A stretch of 23,877 nucleotides of DNA from Monocercomonoides exilis PA203 (lineage: Eukaryota > Protista > Preaxostyla): positions 1 to 23,877 of the forward strand of contig LSRY02000097.1 of the NCBI GenBank assembly GCA_001643675.2, read 5' to 3'. Below are positions 12,062 through 18,600 of this stretch, one piece after another. Position 1 is the stretch's first letter. Every line of letters starts with the position of its first letter. Both the position numbers and the translations under genes were made by a program. The notes beneath the pieces are model-generated. The model did not search any database and was not told where the DNA came from. It worked only from the letters and a program-made list of their open reading frames with translations.

Positions 12062-13542
12062 TCACAGTCTATGCGGATGCTCCTTTGCATGGACATAAGA
12101 GGAGAAAGATGTCGACTGGCAGAAAGATGAAATGGATCGGAGCTTTTCATCCTGCACGAGTGTTGCGAGGATCTGGTTGTCAAATATCTTTCGCTCAATC
12201 CACTCAATCACAGCACCAAACAGAATGAAGATGGCAATGTACTGTATCCACGCAAACTTCAGTACTTCAAATAAAGATGGAGTGTAGCTAGAAAGCACAT
12301 TGAGTCGATGAATACAAGATTTTGATTTATGAAATGCAAAAGAAAGGTTTGATGAGAGGAAATTTTTAAGAAAAATCGAAAAAAAAAAAACGTTACAAAA
12401 ATGACAAAGGAAATATTAGAAACACTAACCGCACTTTCTGTGGGACAATGTTTATTACCAGATGGATGTCGAAGCATGACGTGCTTGCTGCTGGAAGCCA
12501 TTCAGGAGGATAAGGAGAAGACAGCACAGCGGATTCTGAATGAATTTTTAAATTAAGTTGAAAAGCAGTTGTCATTACAATATGAAAAAGAAATTAGAAA
12601 ATGGAAAAGAACATGCCATCATCAGTAACCACTCGATGTACAAAATACTCAGTTGTCATGTTCTTGAATGGAATAACAAGCTAAAAAATACAAAATTTGC
12701 ATTTTGAGATAAAAAATGATTTTTCCATAAAAATTCACAATCAAAAGATATCAAACTGAAGTATTGAGAAGCAGTGGGACCTTCAATAATGGACGCATTC
12801 GAAGTGGTCTGTTTTGGGATAAAACAATTTTTCCCTTAAAATGAGCGCGAAATATTTTCAGAAATGCAATGGAGCAATTGTAAAATCACACCTCTGAAAC
12901 AAGTGCATTTCCTCCAACAGAACCAATATGAGACAGGTACACAAAGGATTCCAATGTCAATGGAATTGGATCCTATCATGATAATTTTCACGTTATAAAT
13001 AGTAAACAAAACATATTCAAAAAGAATTTCTGCACAATCCATACAATTAGCTGGTATTGAGGAAAATACATGAATTTGGCCGAAATGATTGTGTCGGCTG
13101 TCTGAAGGCAAGACCTCACATTCAAAGTTATTTGATTAGCTCTTCCATCTTTGTTGAAATCCTCAACCTTCTCTTTAAAAGTGGTGGTCATATCGTTTGT
13201 TCCAAGTATTTTTTGCACGGCTAATATGCTGCTGTCTGTGTGGTCACCAGAAACACCACCAAGCGAAATAATAAATTTTCCAGTTGATGTCACATGTGGA
13301 CGTTCAGTGTATTCACGCTCACGAACCCAAAATGCTAAAATAATAATTGCACGCAATGAGAGTTAAGATATTTAAAAATGCAACAGGCGCGATAGAGCAA
13401 AGACAAACAATGTGTTGCAAAGCAGACAACAAATGGGAGCACTATTTTGCATATTAAAAAATAGATCGATTAGACCTATCAATGAAAATCGTCCAGCAAT
13501 AAATTGGCGATAAACTGGCCTTCGAAAGATTGGGCCAGACAT
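12062..13542 (-). CDS. TMEM231: Ciliary transition-zone protein TMEM231 (~325 aa); exons 13542-13409, 13334-13045, 12972-12892, 12834-12757, 12680-12617, 12535-12430, 12287-12062
   Basis: The spliced product has ATHSFWVREREYTERPHV, EDFNKDGRANQI, EGKIVLSQNRPL and YTPSLFEVLKFAWIQYIAIFILF...IFDNQILAT. These match the recalled human segments RSHGFWLKRSSYEEQPTV, EDRNQDGKTD, NGDLRLQQKQPL and [23 protein letters not shown]. Exon phases are consistent after removing one base from the homopolymer at 13456-13461. Confidence 0.92.
12536..12616 (-). other. GC-AG spliceosomal intron (81 nt), TMEM231 intron 5
   Basis: GAT GAT G|GCATGT...TTCAG|AA TCC GCT. This is the only phase-1 donor that joins exon 5 in frame to ESAVLSSPYPPEW. 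The nearby GT dinucleotides are phase 0 or 2. Confidence 0.75.
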
Positions 13543-13572
13543 TTTTCAAAAACAAATATTTATCAAATAAAT

Positions 13573-13578
13573 ATGGGA
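13573..13578 (-). promoter_or_regulatory. Candidate core-promoter motif TCCCAT upstream of TMEM231
   Basis: Context TTTCCCATAT on the minus strand, 30 nt before ATG 13542. Confidence 0.45.
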
Positions 13579-13731
13579 AATGATTTCACAAACATTCGTG
13601 AAGGTAAAATTTATTGTTAAAAATCGAATCATTTGCATCTGCGTTAATGCATACAAAAACGGAAAACAAAAATGAGGGTGATTTCGAAGTGAAGATAAAT
13701 GAAATGATTTAATGACAAGGAAAAGAAAAAC

Positions 13732-14231
13732 TTATGAAGAAAATTCTTTCATAATTTTTGAATCAAACAACGCATTTTTAATAGGCTGGTTAAAAGCATA
13801 AAACGGGTTTTTGCAGACATAATCAGAAAACAGAACATAAACTCTAGCTAACATTTTTTGCACATTTGGTGTTCCAAGTTCTGTGATTGCAAGGAATTTA
13901 ATTCCTGTTGGGCTTTTTAAGCATTGAATGGTAAAATTATCAGTTTCAATAGATTCAATTCCAGACGAGGCATGAGGAATTGGAGATAATTCAGCGGATA
14001 TTGCATATTGACTGTGAAAGAAGCCTGCAAGCTGGAGGGCACTGTCTTCATTTGCTAATTTGCAATCCGGAGCAAGGTCCTGGAATAACGCATTTATAAC
14101 GTCCAAAGAATCAAATAATTAATCAATTAAATAATTTCAACATAACAAAATAAAACTTTACAAAACTTTCTTGTATATTAAACCTCCACTGGGGAGATAA
14201 TCCATAGACTTAGAAGGCCAGTTTTGGACAT
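13732..14231 (-). CDS. TRAPPC4: TRAPP complex subunit 4 (Trs23/synbindin), short form without PDZ-like insertion, ~137 aa; exons 14231-14167 and 14079-13732
   Basis: MSKTGLLSLWIISPSGGLIYKK|DLAP...LQLAGFFHSQYAISAELSP...SGIESIETDNFTIQCLKSPTGIKFL...YVLFSDYVCKNPFY...PIKNALFD carries Trs23 signatures. One base must be added to the run at 14191-14194. The intron is 87 nt, GTTTTG...CCAG, at 14166-14080. Confidence 0.93.
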
Positions 14232-14272
14232 CACTGCACCAAAAATGAAAATGAAATTCTTTGGATTTCAAT

Positions 14273-14278
14273 ATGGGT
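14273..14278 (-). promoter_or_regulatory. Candidate core-promoter motif ACCCAT upstream of TRAPPC4
   Basis: Context TTACCCATAT on the minus strand, 41 nt before ATG 14231. Confidence 0.45.
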
Positions 14279-14372
14279 AAAACTATCTGAAATATTGGAA
14301 CAAAAATTCATCATTCACGCTTGTGGCAAGAACATGAACATTATGATATTATTAAGCAATTAATAAGATCCT

Positions 14373-14378
14373 TCCCAG
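14373..14378 (+). promoter_or_regulatory. Candidate core-promoter motif variant TCCCAG upstream of the POLE3-like gene
   Basis: Context CTTCCCAGTA, 31 nt before ATG 14410. Confidence 0.35.
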
Positions 14379-14409
14379 TATAGAATATGAACAAAAAGAA
14401 ACTCAAAAA

Positions 14410-15102
14410 ATGAGCGATGAAAATACGGACACAGGAAAGTTTGAAATGCTTACAAATTCGACAGTTATAAGGGTTGCTAGAGAAACAGCGTGTTCAGAAG
14501 ATCCAAATGTTAGAATGGCGGGACCAGCAGTTATGCTTTTGAATAAAGCTGCAACAACATTTATTCATTATCTGACGGCAACTGCACAAGAAATCACTGC
14601 TAAAAAAGGAAGAAGCACCATGGGCTACACAGATATTGTGGAGGCGATAGGAGAGATAAGAATGACACATCTGCTCGATGAATTACAGCCATTTATTCAA
14701 GGTTTATCTTTTTTGTTTTTCGTGCTCATAATTTTTCCGATTTGTTGCTTACTACATTAAAAAGAAATCGTTGAATCAAAAAGAAAGCCAAACCCAACAT
14801 CACCCCCTCTTTCACCAACCATCCCTTCATTCGATAATGCTGAAAACGAACAAGAGCAACCAACTGTCGAACAGCAGGAGCCAATCGAAGAAGCAACAGA
14901 AAATTCATCTATACCTGAAATTCTTTCAGAAGAAATAGATCCGGTAGACGTTGATGCGGGAGTGGCGGGTGATGATAATGAAGAAGAAGAAAATCAAGAG
15001 GATCTTGAAAAGGAGTTTAATGAAGAAGATGACGAAGGAAAGTCAAACGAACTTGCGTTGAATGTTGAACGCATAATACAAAACGAAATATTAAAATCTT
15101 AA
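14410..15102 (+). CDS. POLE3: H2B-type histone-fold protein, most like DNA polymerase epsilon subunit 3 (POLE3/Dpb4/CHRAC17), 209 aa with acidic tail; intron 14702-14764
   Basis: LTNSTVIRVARE...LLNKAATTFIHYLTATAQEITAKKGRSTMGYTDIVEAIGEI resembles the recalled POLE3 sequence LPNAVITRIIKE...ISRAASVFVLYATSCAN...KRKTLNASDVLSAMEEM. Removing a 63-nt GTTTAT...AAAG intron gives an open frame to TAA at 15100-15102. NF-YB or DR1 identity is not fully excluded. Confidence 0.78.
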
Positions 15103-15265
15103 GAAATGCTTTGTTTTATTTTAAAATTTATAAATGAAATATAAATATTTTCGAAATGCTTGAATTGGTTTTTTTCAATAATGCGTGATCGCAACAAAAT
15201 AATAAATAACAAATAATAGATGTGCTTTGAAATTTGCATAAATCGAAGTCACATTTTCTGTACAC
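15103..15265. terminator. Convergent 3' spacer with candidate poly(A) signals
   Basis: AAATAA/AATAAA on + at 15197-15206 and on - at 15115-15121. The region is AT-rich, so chance matches are possible. Confidence 0.35.
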
Positions 15266-15585
15266 TCAACGAGCAAGATGTTGAATGACTAAATTACATA
15301 AAAATAACACGAAGAAAAAGAATAAAAATAAAATGATTATTCTCTATCTGAAATATTTGATTAAACCTCTTGAAGTTCGCTTTTTGTACATAATTTTGTG
15401 GCCGCACTCTTTGCAAGACACAGGCTGACCTAAAGGAACATATGTTTCCACACCGCAATCTTGAATGAGAAACAAATAATATCAACAAAAATATAACAAT
15501 CAAATCAATGCTGCATTAATAAACCTCCACAAATATATGGTACAGATTTTTTCTCTGCTGGTTGAGCTGGTTGTGCAGATTGCAT
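15266..15585 (-). CDS. RPB12: RNA polymerases I/II/III shared subunit RPB12 (RPABC4/POLR2K), 58 aa; exons 15585-15525, 15459-15367, 15288-15266
   Basis: Spliced translation MQSAQPAQPAEKKSVPYICG|DCGVETYVPLGQPVSCKECGHKIMYKKRTSR|VIQHLAR* contains the Zn ribbon YICGxC...CxECGxxIMYKKRT and the terminal AR. Exons total 61+93+23=177 nt, in frame without any correction. Confidence 0.96.
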
Positions 15586-15631
15586 TTGTTATTTAAATCA
15601 CTATGGGAACGAATATTGAAAAATATAAAGT
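15586..15631. promoter_or_regulatory. 46-bp divergent spacer between RPB12 and AK9, containing TCCCAT (minus strand, 15603-15608)
   Basis: Start codons at 15585 (-) and 15632 (+); the motif lies 17 nt before the RPB12 ATG. Confidence 0.55.
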
Positions 15632-18600
15632 ATGGCAGAAAAAACGTTTGATGATAAACTCCCTGGTCAAGGTTTGTACAGCTTTTATTACAGCTGAATT
15701 CACATTGTCTATTAATAACTAGCCAACGGCCATTCGTCCTTTACTGGACGATCCCTGTTTGAAATTTATTTCAGTTTTAATATATTTTATTAATGTTTAA
15801 ATTTTTCCACTTTTAATATTGTAGCAAGTTTTGATTTGACTTTTGAGGGTCAACAACTCGTTGATTCTCAAACGAAACCTCTTAGTTTTGCGGTTGTTGG
15901 TCCATCTCTGTCGGGGAAAACCACTCTTGCAAAGTTAATTGCACGCTCTTTCGGCAGTGTATTCATTTCACCCGAAACCGCTGTACGTTCGTGTATTCGA
16001 AGAAAAATGAAATTGGAAGAAAAGTTTGCTGATTTTCATTTTTTTCTAAATTCAAAGATTGTTTTTGAAATGATGGAAAAAATTTTTTTTAGATTTCATC
16101 TGTTTTAAGTTCAGGACAAGCGATTGATGATGCTCTTGTTTTAGAAGCAGTTAATGCAATGCTAAAGCTGGAAGAAGTCGCATTTCGAGGATATGTCCTT
16201 GATGGACTTCCAACAACAATTGAACAATCAAAGTTTCTTTTCAGCCAGAAATTTGATTCAGCACAAGTTCAATCTCCAAACAAAGGGTCAAAAACAACTT
16301 CACATCAATTGTCATCTCAACAACGCACTTCATCTCCTTCTCAGCTTAGACCACTTTCACCATCACGTTCTTCTTCTGCATCTTCAAGTGCAAGACGACC
16401 TTCTTCTCCTCAAGGCCATTAACACCACCAATGCGTCTTGGATCTCCATTTGGTCAGCGACCATCTACACCACGCAACGATGGTTCCAGTCAAGCACGCC
16501 TTCCTCCTCTCGCAGGTACCACTTCATCCTCCTCACCTTCTGCTCCAGAAGTTCGAAGCTCAACGCCAAGTCACATTCCGCCATATCCTTCCAGTGCTAT
16601 CTGTCCATTCGAAACAGTCGCTGAACAGAAAGTGCGAATGGAGGCAGAGCAGTATGAGCGCGAGGCAGAAGAGAGGCGGGAAGAGAGGGAGGCAGTGGAG
16701 AAGTACTGCGAGCGGCAGGATGCGCTGCGAGCAGAAGTTCTTCCGCCAGATGTGTTTATTGTGTTGGAGGTGTCGAAGGAGACGCAGAACGAGAGGAGGC
16801 AGAAGCTGTGGATCAACCCAGTGACGCTTCGAACACACTCGATCTGCATCGAAGACGATGTGGTTGCGAAAATGATGGGCAAAAGAGAGAAGAGAAGGAG
16901 GTTTGGCGATGGCTCGTCTGCAATCACTGCGAGTGGATTTGATGGCATGATGTATGGGAAGATGGCAGGAGACGAAGGAAGAGAGGACAGTTGGAGGAGG
17001 ATTGGACGAGTGGGCAGAGGAAGCGAAGAAGGGAAAGAAGCTGAAGAGACAATGCAGGAGAGAGACGAGGCATCAGAACGACTGCGAAGAGCGAAGGAAT
17101 TTCTGATGGCTCATTTGCCACCGAAGGAAGGAGAGGAAGAAGGAAAGAAGAAGGTGAAGGAAGAGAAGAAGGTGAGGAAGGAGAAGAAGTTGAAGATGAA
17201 GCAACCAAAAGAAGAAGAAAAAGCAGCTGAAGATCCTCTTTCGTATTTGTATGACCTGAACGAAGAGGAAGGAGAAGAAGGAGAAAATGGAGAAGATGAT
17301 GAAAGAGGGCAGAGGATAAGGCTGCGTGCAATAAAGGAGAAGGAAAAGAAGATGATGAAAGGGTTGTATCGGATTGTGCCACATCCACATTACGGCGGAG
17401 GTGTTGGAAGAGCGTTTGGAGAGGCGTCTGTTTTGGAAGATGGAGAAGAGGAAGGGAAAGAAGGTGGAGATGAAGAGGAAGAGGAAGATTTGCTGAAAGA
17501 GGAGGAAGATGATTTGGGGTTGTTGGGACCAGTAGAAGAAGGAGAAGAAGGAGGAGGTGAAGACGAAGAGCCACTGACTGCTGCAGAGAGAGAAGAGAAG
17601 ATAAGAGAAAAGAGGCAGATCTTAGATTCTCTGAGTGAAGAAGACGCACAGCTGCTGGCAGCGGTGCATTTGGTGCCTATCTGCAGCTGCCATGATCGCG
17701 TTGTGGTGGATGGAAGGGAGAGGCATCGCTTGGAGGAGAAGAAAGAGCCGGGAGAGGAGTTGGATGCACAGGGCTGATGCAGAGGGAGGTGAGGCATGCG
17801 ATTGGGAAGGACGGGGAAGACTGCACAGCACTCAGGGCATTCACGAGAGAGGCAAGAAGGATGGTGCTGGGGCTGGTGTTGGACGAGGAGACGATGGTGG
17901 CCGAGGAGAGGAGGAAGGAGAAGGAGGAGAAGGAGGAGAAGAAGAGGCAATAGAAGCGAATGATGAGGAGCTGTTTGGTGAGGAGGAGCTGCAGCAGATG
18001 GAAGCTGATGAAGCGTTGATTGCATCTGTGGGAGAGGAAGAGGCAGACGAGGCTGAGGAGGATGAAGAAGAAGAGATTGAACCGATTTACAAGCCACGTC
18101 CACCAAAGGAAAAGAAACAAAGACAGAGGAGAATGAGGGAAGAGGAAGGTGAAGAGGAAGGAGAGGAGGAGGAGGAAGAGGAAGAAGGAGATGAAGAGGA
18201 TGAAGAAGAGCTTGAGCGAGACTATGAGAAAGAGAACGAGATTCGTGAAGAGCGGAGGAAGCAGCGGCAGAAAGAGAAAGAAGAACAGCAGATGCAAAAA
18301 GCGAAGGAAGTGGAAGAGGCGAAGAAGAGGCAGAAGGCGCGGGAGCATCGGAGAGTGTGTTGGGTGACGCTGCAGATGAAGAAAAGAGAAGAAGAGACAA
18401 GAAAGGACTCGATTCTGATGATTGTGAAGAGAGAATTCAGAGAAATCGAAGAGGAGACAGAGAAGGAAAGCAAAGCAGCAATGAAAGTGATGGGGATTGA
18501 TGCAGTGTCGATTGGGAAGAAAGAGAAGATGGCTGAGAAGAGGAAGAAGGAGAGAGAAAGAAAGTGGAAGAAGAAGGAGAAGGAAGTGGCAGCTGTTGGA

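Noticed and set aside
12566-12659. 10-bp direct repeat ATGACAACTG (minus strand) in TMEM231 exon 5 and intron 5
   Set aside because: Too short, not at the intron boundaries, and expected by chance.
8286-16430. Pseudogene cluster
   Set aside because: Conserved motifs and splice sites are intact, and the lesions are single-base homopolymer indels rather than nonsense substitutions.
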